A DNA stretch of 34,019 nt from Chrysochromulina tobinii (Eukaryota). The notes beneath the pieces were generated by a model. That model had not been told where the DNA came from, searched no databases, and was given only the letters and a program-made list of their open reading frames with translations. The stretch is from assembly GCA_001275005.1 (NCBI GenBank), contig JWZX01003382.1, positions 1 to 34,019 of the forward strand. Direction: 5' to 3'. Of the stretch, positions 20,570 to 30,260 are shown one piece after another; position 1 is the first letter of the stretch, and each line of letters starts with the position of its first letter. Made by a program: the position numbers and the translations under genes.

Positions 20570-22816
20570 TCACGGAAACATTGCTGCGATCGCCTCTGGA
20601 GACTGGAACATAGCGCATCCATTGTGCCCAACATGTGGGACGGACACAAGGCGATGATCCAGCGGCGCACCAGCATAGACGTGCTGGACGTACTGCGCGA
20701 ACGCGTGAGCGCGGGCCATGCGGCAGTGGCCCTGCAGGGCCGCCTCGCATGAGGTGTCGAGGCCGCCATCCTGGGGATCACATCCTGGCGTGCAGCGCTG
20801 CTCCGTCTGGAAGGGATGATCGCACACGTCCGACTCGCCCGATAGGTACGTGACCGTGCGGTTGCCGTACGCTGCTCGCATCGCCTCGACACCGCGCGCG
20901 GCAAGATAATCTGGCAGCGCGCCGTCAAACCCGTAGCCGTAAGCGTTGTAATCAACGCAGGTGCCCTTGGTGCCCTGAGGCTTGGCGAAGTCCCATCGCT
21001 GCGAGAGGATCGTGGTGTTGTCACAAAAGCCGCTGCACGTCCACGGCGCATCGATCACCGGCCGGAGATCGTTCAAATACGTGTACGACGAGGGATTGGC
21101 GGGAAAGTAGCCGAGCGTCACCCCGCTGCGCGGCTCGAAGCTACTCGCGAGCGCGAAACGCTGTACAATCTGACCGCCCGCAGAGTGGCCCGTGACGATG
21201 AGCGCCTTGAGGTTAGGGTAGGTGCGCTGGTCCATCATCGCGTGCAACATCTCGTCCAGCACGCTGAAGGAGGAGATGCTCGCAGATAGTGCCGCGCTCG
21301 AGTTGCCTCCCCATTTCCAATTCCGTTCCGCCGTATCATCGTCTTCCCAATAAAGCTCCGTGCTCGCGGGGCCGTCGGACGGCTCATAGATCTGCGGACT
21401 CGCAAGAAACACGTGTCGGGCCTCAGCCCCGAAGCGCTTCAGCAGCCCATTGTACATGGAGCAGAAGTAATCGTTACCATTGCGAGCGACGCCGTGGTGC
21501 ACGATGACGCCCAGCGTGATGTCCTCGTCGTGCACGCCAAGCGGCGCAGCGGTGGGCGAGCGCCAATAGGGGAAGGCTCTGCCGACAGCCGGCGTGATGC
21601 TCACGTTGAAAAGGTCCTTGACGACGCCACACTGGGGATTGCATGCGCCACCCTCGCACCAGTCGCAGAGTGGCGGATCGTACTGGTACGCCAGCCGATC
21701 TCGGACGCCTTCCGAAAGGTGTTCGGCCTCTTGCTGCCCGACCACATCTGGCCTCGTCGTCCCCTCCTCGTCGGCACGTGAGGCCCTCCTGGGAGGCGAG
21801 TACGGGTCGCCCGGCTTGAGGGCACCGTCCGACGCGCTGACCGTGTACTTTTGGGACGGGGCGCCGCCGCTCATGTTCATGAAGTTGTATGTGTCTCCGT
21901 ACTTGGCGTCGAGCTTCTGCACGCTCGTCTCCCACACGAGCGTCCTTCCCTTTTCGCAGCGCTCTGGCATCGTCGTGGGCGTCAGGACCCACGCGCGTCC
22001 GCCGGCCGAGCCCTGCATATGCATCGTCCCCTTGCCCGTCGAGTCGATCGCAATGGCCGTCTTCTCGTCGATACCGACCGCGGCGCGCGGTAGCTCGTCA
22101 TCCTTCCACAGCCGCGCAGCCAAGGCGAGCAGCCTCCCGAAGCGGTCACGGGTCATGAAGTGCGTGTCCACGATGATGTTGGCAAGGAGGCCGGCGGGCG
22201 GGCTGTGCTTCAGGAACGCGTACGGCTGCAGCGTCATGTACTTGTTGTAAGGATCGGCAAGTGCCTCATCGGATGTGGCCGAGCCATTCGCACCGGTGTA
22301 CACCGAGCCACCCTGTATGTCGCACCCAGCAGAGGTGCCGCCGACGGGAACACCGCGGGCTATGGCCGCCTGCAGACGCTGTTGCATCGTCGACGCCTGC
22401 CACTCGTCCAGGTATACACTCTGGTCGCCTCCCGCGAACCAAATCGCGTCAGCGCCATCAATCTTGCTAAGCACAAATGGATCCTCTGCGGCCGCACGGT
22501 TTTTGGTGAGAAGCGTGGCCACGCTGTGGGTGGAGCCAAGCCCCTGAATGTACGAGTTGTAGGCGTCGTCGCCGCTAGCACGAAGGACGAGGAAGTCGCC
22601 GCCGGCGCTCCACTTGATGTGTTGTTGGAAGGCGCTGTCTACATCGGTGCCTCCGCCCATGAGGATGAGCCCTGGGTGCGGTGTGACAGAGGCATCGCGA
22701 TCGCACGAGCCGATGCACCAATAGGTGTAGTTGGCAGTGTCCAAGTGGATCGGTGTCGCGGCCGCGGCGACGCCGAACGCAAGAGTGCTTGCGACGCCGA
22801 ACATCGCGAGGTCCAT
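20570..22816 (-). CDS. Secreted fusion protein: cyanophycinase-like peptidase S51 domain + alpha/beta-hydrolase domain
   Basis: Signal peptide MFGVASTLAFGVAAAA. S51 motifs LMGGG, IWFAGGDQ, GGTSAG, VDTHF..RDRFGRL and GIDE. The second domain has HG..RN...YF, GHSAGGQ, ANPSSY, LDTSCEA.LQG..R..R and VGHN. Intronless, about 748 aa. Confidence 0.85.
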   Translation of the reverse strand: MDLAMFGVASTLAFGVAAAATPIHLDTANYTYWCIGSCDRDASVTPHPGLILMGGGTDVDSAFQQHIKWSAGGDFLVLRASGDDAYNSYIQGLGSTHSVATLLTKNRAAAEDPFVLSKIDGADAIWFAGGDQSVYLDEWQASTMQQRLQAAIARGVPVGGTSAGCDIQGGSVYTGANGSATSDEALADPYNKYMTLQPYAFLKHSPPAGLLANIIVDTHFMTRDRFGRLLALAARLWKDDELPRAAVGIDEKTAIAIDSTGKGTMHMQGSAGGRAWVLTPTTMPERCEKGRTLVWETSVQKLDAKYGDTYNFMNMSGGAPSQKYTVSASDGALKPGDPYSPPRRASRADEEGTTRPDVVGQQEAEHLSEGVRDRLAYQYDPPLCDWCEGGACNPQCGVVKDLFNVSITPAVGRAFPYWRSPTAAPLGVHDEDITLGVIVHHGVARNGNDYFCSMYNGLLKRFGAEARHVFLASPQIYEPSDGPASTELYWEDDDTAERNWKWGGNSSAALSASISSFSVLDEMLHAMMDQRTYPNLKALIVTGHSAGGQIVQRFALASSFEPRSGVTLGYFPANPSSYTYLNDLRPVIDAPWTCSGFCDNTTILSQRWDFAKPQGTKGTCVDYNAYGYGFDGALPDYLAARGVEAMRAAYGNRTVTYLSGESDVCDHPFQTEQRCTPGCDPQDGGLDTSCEAALQGHCRMARAHAFAQYVQHVYAGAPLDHRLVSVPHVGHNGCAMFQSPEAIAAMFP

Positions 22817-23584
22817 TCCAAATGCGCAAAAGTTGTGTCCCCCCCCACCTGGTGTTCTTGTGCACCCCCCTCTCCCGCGCGTGGTGTGGGACTTGACTTG
22901 ACTTGTTCCCGTGTTTGTAGTTTTTGAACGGTTCAACCCCAGCAAACACTTAATTTGATTGTGATGGCGCTCGGCCGCTCGCGGTCATGCTCCTGCCATG
23001 CTCGCGGCAGGGGCTCGCGGCTCGGCCCCCTCACGGTCACATCCTCATGGTCCCATCGCTATTCGCTAACTCGCTGTATGCGTCAGCCTCGAAGGTCGAA
23101 GCACGAAGGTGAGGGGGGGGCGCGGGGCGCGAGCCGCGACGCGCGACGGGCCGAGCCCCGAGCGCGGCTGTGCGTTGTGCCTCGTGTGGCGGGCTCGGCC
23201 GTCTCCGCGCACCGCGGCGCGTGAGTAACGCGTGAGGCATGATATGTTATAATATACGGGCCGGGCTGCTAGGTTCGAACAGCGGGTCAGCGGGCCGGGC
23301 ATGCGGCGGTCGATGCGGCGGCGGCCGCGGGTGATGTCCCACATGACGGCTGGCCCAAGCAATTGCTCATGTTACTGTTTTAATTCGCACTGCTACATGC
23401 AAACTATGCGCATGGATCAGGCCCAGGATACAAATGCGCGGTTTGACGGCGTGTGGCCAGAGTGGCAAGGGCCGGCCTGCGCAACGATACCGCTCAGTAT
23501 CTACTCAGTATCCGCCTTCCATAGAAAGCCGCACCTCTTCGGCGACGATAAATCCATGCAAGCAAAACATAGCAAACTGCTGGC

Positions 23585-23989
23585 CTAAGCAAAGCACAGC
23601 TTCGCCTTCGCGCCTGAGTTATGGTTTATCATGCCGTGCATATCGCCCCATCTTTGAGGCGGGCGCACGGGCTCCTCCTCCATTTCTTCCTGGTACTCGA
23701 TCGGAGCACCAAAGTCGGCAGCAATGACTTGCATGCCCGTGGCTTGCGTCGCGATGTGGCACTGCACGTGAATCAACCACTTCATCAGCACCGAGATGGT
23801 GCCAGGCACTAGCGGGGGCAGGCGATCAGCACCGAGCTTGTCCCTGATCGACCGCGCCTTGGTGTACAGCACCCTCGCGCTGAGCTGCTCAATCTGTTCG
23901 AAATTAAGGAGAGGAATGGTATGGCCTTCCACGTCTACCGAGGCTGGCAGCCAGTTGTCGCCCTGACGCAGTCCAAAGCATCGCGACAT
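23585..23989 (-). CDS. Hypothetical protein, 134 aa
   Basis: Protein-like composition and GC3-biased codons. Its 5' part is duplicated at 24896-25035. Confidence 0.55.
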   Translation of the reverse strand: MSRCFGLRQGDNWLPASVDVEGHTIPLLNFEQIEQLSARVLYTKARSIRDKLGADRLPPLVPGTISVLMKWLIHVQCHIATQATGMQVIAADFGAPIEYQEEMEEEPVRPPQRWGDMHGMINHNSGAKAKLCFA

Positions 23990-24093
23990 CAAAAGCCAAA
24001 AGAATCCAATCGCGAAATGGAAGCGGAGCGCGCTCGGCTTCTTCCGATGACGAAATTAATTGGTTGGAAGAGCGCAAAAAAGTTTGTGTGTGA

Positions 24094-24129
24094 ACTCAAA
24101 CCTCCATGTGGACTCAAGCCTCCATGTGG
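24094..24129. repeat. 18-bp tandem duplication
   Basis: ACTCAARCCTCCATGTGG x2 with one mismatch. Confidence 0.8.
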
Positions 24130-24203
24130 ATATCCTGTTATTGTTTCGTTCCTTGATTTTTTCCTGCGCGGACGCTGCGGCAACCTCGCAGACGCGGCCG
24201 AGC

Positions 24204-24896
24204 TTAGAATATGTAGGGAACCAGATGCTTGCGCGTGGCCGGGTACCGAGCGCCGAATTTGCCGCGATTCCAAGTGCTTTGGGCCACGGAGCGATCGGCA
24301 AGATAGAATGTCATGCTTGCGAAGACGAACGCGTGAACGGGGTGCTGCCCGACGAGTGCGGCTCCCAACCAGCCTAAGAGTTCGAAGAGGTAGTGGGGTG
24401 CGGCGACGAGCTCGAATAGCCCTCCGGTTGGGATCTTATACTCCTTTTCGTCTGCTTTCCGCAGGTTGGACAGCAGGTAGTGGTGGTACAGGTTCCCGGC
24501 CAATCCGGTGAAGAAGAGCGCCACTCCAATCAGGTGGGTTCGCTCCATGTCGACCAAGTCCACAGCGTGTGCAAAGCGGCATTCGGCGAACACGGTCAGC
24601 GTGTAGAACAGCGCGATCGGCAAGGCTGTAGTGATGCACATCTGGCCCGAGTACTTGTGCAAGAGCAGACACTCTAGTACGCGCTTGCCGAAATGGGCGA
24701 CCATGAGCCCTGGAACGAGCCGGGAGTTGCCGTCGTAAGTGTGCAGGCAGTACCCGCCCGCAAGGAGCGGGCAGAAGTAGAGGAAAACCATCCCCGCTCG
24801 CGATGGCACGGGATACGCGAGCTGTGCGGCGTGCGCAAATTTAGAGTACGTCAGCATGGCTTTCGCCCATTTCGGCAACTGATCAACGAGCGGCAT
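24204..24896 (-). CDS. 3-oxo-5-alpha-steroid 4-dehydrogenase (steroid 5-alpha-reductase/enoyl reductase) family protein, possibly 5'-truncated
   Basis: Motifs YSKF, HFGKRVLECLLLHKYSG, GNLYHHYLLSNLR, YKIPTGGLFE...PHYLFE and RKHLVPYIF. Confidence 0.88.
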   Translation of the reverse strand: MPLVDQLPKWAKAMLTYSKFAHAAQLAYPVPSRAGMVFLYFCPLLAGGYCLHTYDGNSRLVPGLMVAHFGKRVLECLLLHKYSGQMCITTALPIALFYTLTVFAECRFAHAVDLVDMERTHLIGVALFFTGLAGNLYHHYLLSNLRKADEKEYKIPTGGLFELVAAPHYLFELLGWLGAALVGQHPVHAFVFASMTFYLADRSVAQSTWNRGKFGARYPATRKHLVPYIF

Positions 24897-25035
24897 TGTC
24901 CTTGATCGACCGCGCCTTGGTGTACAGCACCTTCGCGCTGAGCTGCTCAATCTGCTCGATCGAAACTAAGAAGAGGAATGGTATGGCCTTGCGCGTCTAC
25001 CGAGGCTGTGGCAGCCACAGTTGTCGCCCTGACGC
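24896..25035 (-). pseudogene. Degenerate duplicate of the 5' part (23838-23969) of the 134-aa hypothetical gene
   Basis: Aligns directly by eye with a few substitutions and 4-, 2- and 2-bp insertions that break the frame. Confidence 0.8.
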
Positions 25036-25140
25036 GCGTTCCCACCTCGCCTTTTGATCACGAACGACAAAGGGTTCCTCTCGCGTGTGGGGTCGTGACG
25101 AAAATTGATTTTTCATACTTGCGCTCCTCTCTGTGGGGCG

Positions 25141-26469
25141 ATGACGATCCTGTACGACCCCACCCACTTCATCAAGACGATCATCTTTGGCATGAAATAC
25201 TCTGCGCTCAAGAGGTCAATTACCTCGAGCATCATGGTCGTAACACTCATATGGTACATAGCCCTTATAACCATCTGGCGAAATGCACTGCCGCTGACGG
25301 GGAGGTACTTAAAGAATAGTTCCGGGCTCCTTCAGAGCGGCGTAACCTTCCTGGGCACATTCGTGACCTTCAACATTTGCCACTACAACAGCCATTGCTA
25401 CCAACGATGGCACGCAAACTGGACCGCCTCCCTGAGGGAATGGAGTCGGTTGAACGATGTTGGGATGCAGGTTTACGCGCACATGGGCTATGACCATCTC
25501 ATGGCGTGCGACGTGATGCGGCTGATGCACGCGGCGAACTGCTTGATCGTCCTCGAGAGCGTCATGAAGCTGGGTAAGGATCAGACCTTGCTCATCGTCG
25601 AAAACCACAAGCTATTATCGCCCGAGGAGGCCGCATTCCTCAAGAAGAGCCCTGTGAACAGCGGCAACCAGTGCGTCCACTGGGCGCTGCAGCTGGTATC
25701 CGAGGAGGCGCGGCAGGGACGGATTCAGCCTCCAATCTTGGCAGGCCGTATTGACCAATCGATCTGCGAGTGGCGTCAGAATGTCACCCTGCCACCTGTG
25801 ATGTTGTTGACCCCGATTCCCTACGTCTACTTTCACACGATGGGCTCGCTCTTGGTGATCTTCAATCTGCTCCTCAGCCTTCAGCTCTCTCTCGCCGCAG
25901 TCCCGCTGTACCCCGATGGTGCCATCAACGACCTCGACATCCCGTTATGGTCCACGAACATCACGTGCGCCACCGTCTCGCTTCTTGTGATGACTGTCTC
26001 GCTCGGGTCCTTGCTCGAGGCGGCGAAAATGCTCGCCGACTCTTTCGGTCACGACGCCGACGACTTGCCGGCGGGCGAGTATGTGATGCGAGCGCTCGCA
26101 GGGCACAAGGCGCTATTCAAGGAGGCGATTGCAGCCGGGCAGCCTTGCATCGGCCCCCACCGCTTGAAAGGTGGCCATGCTTACCACGCGGCGGAGCATC
26201 ACGAGAGCGGCATTGATCTCAAAAGTGGCAGCCGCCCCGACAAGGCAGCTGACGTCAAGGTGCCGCTCTTCCACGCGCCGCTCCCGCCAAACACATCCGA
26301 CTTTATCAAACGGCTTGCGACGCATCCCAAGTACGCATACAAGCCGCAACCGTCAGGACGAGCGTATGAGCGGATCCTCTCCAAAAAATTGGCTTTGAAT
26401 GGTTTCCGATTTGTGGAGGCTCACGTTCACGACCCTAAGAACGAGCAATGGCTCGAGTCCAACAAGTGA
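25141..26469 (+). CDS. Bestrophin/UPF0187 family anion channel
   Basis: N-terminal MTILYD, four hydrophobic segments, YNSHCYQRW, TPIPYVYFH and the acidic loop LADSFGHDADDLP. Confidence 0.82.
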   Translation: MTILYDPTHFIKTIIFGMKYSALKRSITSSIMVVTLIWYIALITIWRNALPLTGRYLKNSSGLLQSGVTFLGTFVTFNICHYNSHCYQRWHANWTASLREWSRLNDVGMQVYAHMGYDHLMACDVMRLMHAANCLIVLESVMKLGKDQTLLIVENHKLLSPEEAAFLKKSPVNSGNQCVHWALQLVSEEARQGRIQPPILAGRIDQSICEWRQNVTLPPVMLLTPIPYVYFHTMGSLLVIFNLLLSLQLSLAAVPLYPDGAINDLDIPLWSTNITCATVSLLVMTVSLGSLLEAAKMLADSFGHDADDLPAGEYVMRALAGHKALFKEAIAAGQPCIGPHRLKGGHAYHAAEHHESGIDLKSGSRPDKAADVKVPLFHAPLPPNTSDFIKRLATHPKYAYKPQPSGRAYERILSKKLALNGFRFVEAHVHDPKNEQWLESNK

Positions 26470-26671
26470 ACTCGAACGCTTCGAAAGGTCAAGCGGGAAT
26501 TACCCAAGGTGTGGATGCTTCAAGGCCGCGAGAGACCATCACCATCACCGTCGTTTCGGAAAATGGACTCTTCCTTTAAACCTAAAAATCGTGAGTGATT
26601 CCGTTACATGTAACGTGTTGTGTGTACCGGTATGTCCCGGCTACCCCTGTGTCATTGAACCGGAATTCAAC

Positions 26672-26715
26672 GTGGAGTGAGCGTGGGGGGACCGCGAAGA
26701 AACTGAACTGAACTG
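26672..26715 (+). mobile_element. Short (5'-truncated) copy of the (AACTG)n-tailed element
   Basis: GTGGAGTGAGCGTGGGGGGACCGCGAAGA(AACTG)3, flanked by AACGTG at 26669-26674 and 26716-26721. Confidence 0.6.
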
Positions 26716-26755
26716 AACGTGAATTCGCGACGGCGGCGCTTTTCCTTCAAGTTTC

Positions 26756-28174
26756 ATGTTCTTCTGCGTCCTTGTCCTTGGCTCAGCCAGTCATTCGCAT
26801 TTGAGGACGTTAGCTGCACCTTTTGGAGCCACCGTCCACCCCAGTTTAAGCTATGAACGAGTCGCGAGCGAGCTAAGTGGAGTCATTGCGCTTGCTCCCA
26901 TAGGACGAGGTGAGCTGCTCGCATCTGTGCCGCTCGAAGCGTGCCTGTTCACGGCACGACATCGCGACGACGACGTGGTGCTCGCGCAGCTGCTCTTGGA
27001 CGCGGCCGCCAGCAGCGGGCGGTGGAGTGAATATCGCGCCAAGATCCTGCCTCCTTGGACTGGTGCGGCCATGTTCTGGGAGGAGGCCGAGGCGGAGGAG
27101 CTGCAGTGGCCTCAAGCCGTTGCTCTTGCCCGCGCCCTGCGCATGCGAATGACGTCACGAACCGGTGGCGTGTACTCGGCGAAGTCTAAAAATCGCGACG
27201 AGATGCGGTGGGCCTTGTCGATCGTCTATTCGAGGAGCTTTGCCGTGGAGGATGCGGATGATGAGAGCGCGGCCGTGCGATGCCTCGCCCCCGTGCTGGA
27301 CTTGTTCAACCATGTGCCCGAGTCACCCGTGGAGTATGCTGCGCGATGGGCGGAGCAGGACGACGACGACGACCCACCTGCGTCGCCCTGGAGGCTCAAG
27401 GGATCTCAAGTCGAGCTGCTCGCCTACGAGGACGTAGCCGCGGGTGACGAGGTGCGTATCCCGTATGGCATCGAGTGCAGCCATGAGACTCTCGTGCAGT
27501 CGGGCTTCATCCCCGAGCCCAATTCGGCGGACTACGTGCCCCTCTTCTCGGACATGCGCGCGCTCGCGCGGCACGCGTCCGCGGCCTTAGGCCTCGAGCC
27601 AGCGCAGGAGCAGCGCCGCCTGAGACTCCTCGAAGCGCTTGATGCCGTCGACGCGCCGCTCGCCGTACGTCCTGGGTCGCTTGCGGCGTCGGGTCATCTG
27701 CTCGCGTGTACGCGACTCTTCGCGGCCTCCGATGCTGAGCTCGAGGGCGAGGGCGAGGGCGCCATCGCCTTTAAGGAGAATTTTGATCCGGCCGTCGGGC
27801 ACCACACGTTGTGTGTGTGCGGGGCGACCGAGGAGCAACGCATGGAACTGGACCGCGCCGCATGCGAACTGCTCGCACTCGCAGCCGACGAGTGCCTTGG
27901 AGCACTGCCCACGACGGCGGAGGAGGACGCGATCCTCCTAGCGCAGACCGCCATCGACGTCGAGGAGCATGTGGGCGCCGTCGAGGCGCTCATCGTCAAG
28001 CACGCGAAAGGGACGAACACGAGCGCGACTGAACCGAAAGAGGGTCGGATTGCCGCTGCTTCTGCCGCGCCAGAGGAAGCGGCGCGACGTTTTGAGACTG
28101 CTGTGCGGTACCGCCGAATGGCCAAGCTGTTGGTGGCGGGATTCGCAGAGCAGTGCAGGAACGTCTATTCGTGA
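26756..28174 (+). CDS. SET-domain protein methyltransferase (Rubisco LSMT/SETD3-like family), possible signal peptide
   Basis: Motifs GVIALAPI..GELLASVP, WALSIVYSRSF, LAPVLDLFNH, GDEVRIPYG and LVQSGF, with an LSMT-like C-terminus (LPTTAEED..A.RYR..K). Confidence 0.85.
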   Translation: MFFCVLVLGSASHSHLRTLAAPFGATVHPSLSYERVASELSGVIALAPIGRGELLASVPLEACLFTARHRDDDVVLAQLLLDAAASSGRWSEYRAKILPPWTGAAMFWEEAEAEELQWPQAVALARALRMRMTSRTGGVYSAKSKNRDEMRWALSIVYSRSFAVEDADDESAAVRCLAPVLDLFNHVPESPVEYAARWAEQDDDDDPPASPWRLKGSQVELLAYEDVAAGDEVRIPYGIECSHETLVQSGFIPEPNSADYVPLFSDMRALARHASAALGLEPAQEQRRLRLLEALDAVDAPLAVRPGSLAASGHLLACTRLFAASDAELEGEGEGAIAFKENFDPAVGHHTLCVCGATEEQRMELDRAACELLALAADECLGALPTTAEEDAILLAQTAIDVEEHVGAVEALIVKHAKGTNTSATEPKEGRIAAASAAPEEAARRFETAVRYRRMAKLLVAGFAEQCRNVYS

Positions 28175-28265
28175 CATTGTGAGTTAGTGCCTCACTCGCG
28201 TTGTTTTGGGCAATTGGACTGAAAAATGGCGGTTCCGTCATTGTAGGCGAGGTCGGCCAGCACGG

Positions 28266-29244
28266 ATGAACTTCAATGCAGTCTTGATGGCACCCACGGC
28301 GGCCGCACCGATGGCGGCCCCGAGATCTATTCCCCACCCACCAACCATCATCGGTGGCACACCCACACTACCGCATCGTGCCTCCTCTGGCCAGCGCATC
28401 AGCAAATCGGATCACCAGTACATCCATCGGAATGCTGGTCTGGTTCAGCCGATACTGCTTCCACCTTCCGCTCAGCCGATGCCACCTTGGCAGCACGACA
28501 CGGACATTTCGGAGACGCTCCAGCAAGCGGGTATGCTGAACGTCGAGCGTGCTTCAGTGACAGCACGAGCTTCGGCTCGGCCGCACACAGCCGAGCCGAC
28601 GACGCGTCATCTCGAGAGCTTTGCAAGGCCGACGGCAGCCCCCCGCGCAGTAGCGTCCGCTTCTGCAAAGAGCAAGCTACCGCCACGCATGGCATCCACG
28701 ACGGAAAGCTCAACCTGGCCATCACAGCTTGTGCTCTCGGGCACCCAGCTCACCAAGAGCGCAGCACCGCCGTCTGTCATCGGCCTCGGATTTGAGCCTC
28801 GGCCTGAGAAGCCCGGGCTCGAGCGGGCTCTCGCCGCCGGGCTTTCGCCGCTCGACATGCCAATGCTCTGGCCGTCGTTCGCTGAGAGTGGCGCAGAGAG
28901 TGCCATCACGGAGAGTCGGATGTTCAGCTGCATGGAGACCTTTGCATGCAGCCCGCTCGCGGCGGCGCTCGCCATGCCGTTTAGTGCGCTGCACCAGCGG
29001 AGCGAAGAGTCAGGCCCGCTGCTCGCCTTTAGCGGCACCAGCAGCGGCATCGGCGTCCGCAGAGCGAGCCATGGGCTCGGCTTGCGCGGCATAGAGGATG
29101 AGGAAAGGCAGCAGCAGATGTTCACACCTCTCCAACCGACAGTGAAGGGCTATGCCACCTACGGCGTGCACAGCAGCCGGCAGCTCACGGCGCTCGCGCG
29201 CGTCTCGGCCACCAACCGCGCGAGCCTCGGCGCGGCTAAGCGGC

Positions 29245-29283
<39 letters not shown>

Positions 29284-30260
29284 GGCAGCAATGCATCGCT
29301 CCCACACCCAGCAGTGCATCGTTGCGGCCGCCGTCAGCGAGCTCACTGACGCGGGAGTCGGCGCCAGTGCTGGAGGCGACGAAGGGCAAGCTGGCCGCCG
29401 ACACTGACGGTTCGTCCTCGTTTGCGGGCGCATCGCAACCTGCGTGTACAGTGAACCACCCGGTGCGCGGAGATTTGCGAGGATGCTCTGCGACGCCGCC
29501 GCAGCTCGATGCCGCTTGGCCGCTCGAGACCACAGCCCAGTGCGGCGCCCATGGCGGGAGCTCAAATAACCTGCTTGATACCTTGGGCTGCTGCTCCGCC
29601 CTGAGCACCACCAGTAGCACGTGGGGCGCTCGGAGTCCGCGACCGGCCACCGCGCCAGGAGGCCATCGCGCGCGCGACTCTGTGTCGGCCAGCTTGCTAA
29701 AGAGTACTCTGGTGTCGATGCCAGCGCCACTGGGCTTCAAGGATCCGCTGCAATGCCGACCTTCGACATCCCCTGCAAAGCCGACCTCAGCGAGCGTTCT
29801 CCCACCGGCGCCGCCGCACCAAACGCCGGCCACGTCGATGTCGCTGCTGAGCTCCTCCTCGAGAACACCGCCCAGGCACAGAGCGTCCAGACCGTCCTCG
29901 TTCATGCGTGCCGAGGGGGGCCAGCAGCCACCGCCGGCGAGCGACCTATCAGCCGGCGAGCGCCACGGGATGGAAGCCGCGGCGGCTGGCGCCTCGGAGA
30001 GAGATGTGGCGGCGGGGGCGTGGTGGCTCGGCCGCGGCGCTAACTTTGGTGGCGCCCTTGGCCTCGGCCGCGACCTTCCGGCCAGATGGGGCCCTCGCCA
30101 CATGGGCAACATCGGTACCCATGCCACGGGCAAGCGGCGACCTCTGACGGCTGCGGCTGCCCCTGCAGGCACCGCCGCCGTCAGCCACCTCAAGGAGCAG
30201 AGGAGGGCGACCAGCGCGACGGCTATAAGGCTGCCCTTCGCTGACCGCAGTGGCAGATAG
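28266..30260 (+). CDS. Ser/Pro/Ala-rich, probably disordered hypothetical protein with polyQ and RPx[S/T] motifs
   Basis: ORF of about 664 aa with no recognisable globular domain; Q12 tract. Confidence 0.55.
29247..29282 (+). repeat. (CAG)12 coding microsatellite
   Basis: Uninterrupted CAG run encoding polyQ. Confidence 0.95.

Noticed and set aside
23360..23410. YCFNSHCY peptide resembling the bestrophin YNSHCY segment
   Set aside because: The similarity covers only about 5 residues with no flanking homology visible, which is too short to call a pseudogene fragment.
10180..26469. Functional calcium or metal gene cluster (EF-hand protein, calpain, bestrophin, Cu-ATPase)
   Set aside because: These genes are interspersed with unrelated ones on mixed strands, and these families are common in algal genomes.
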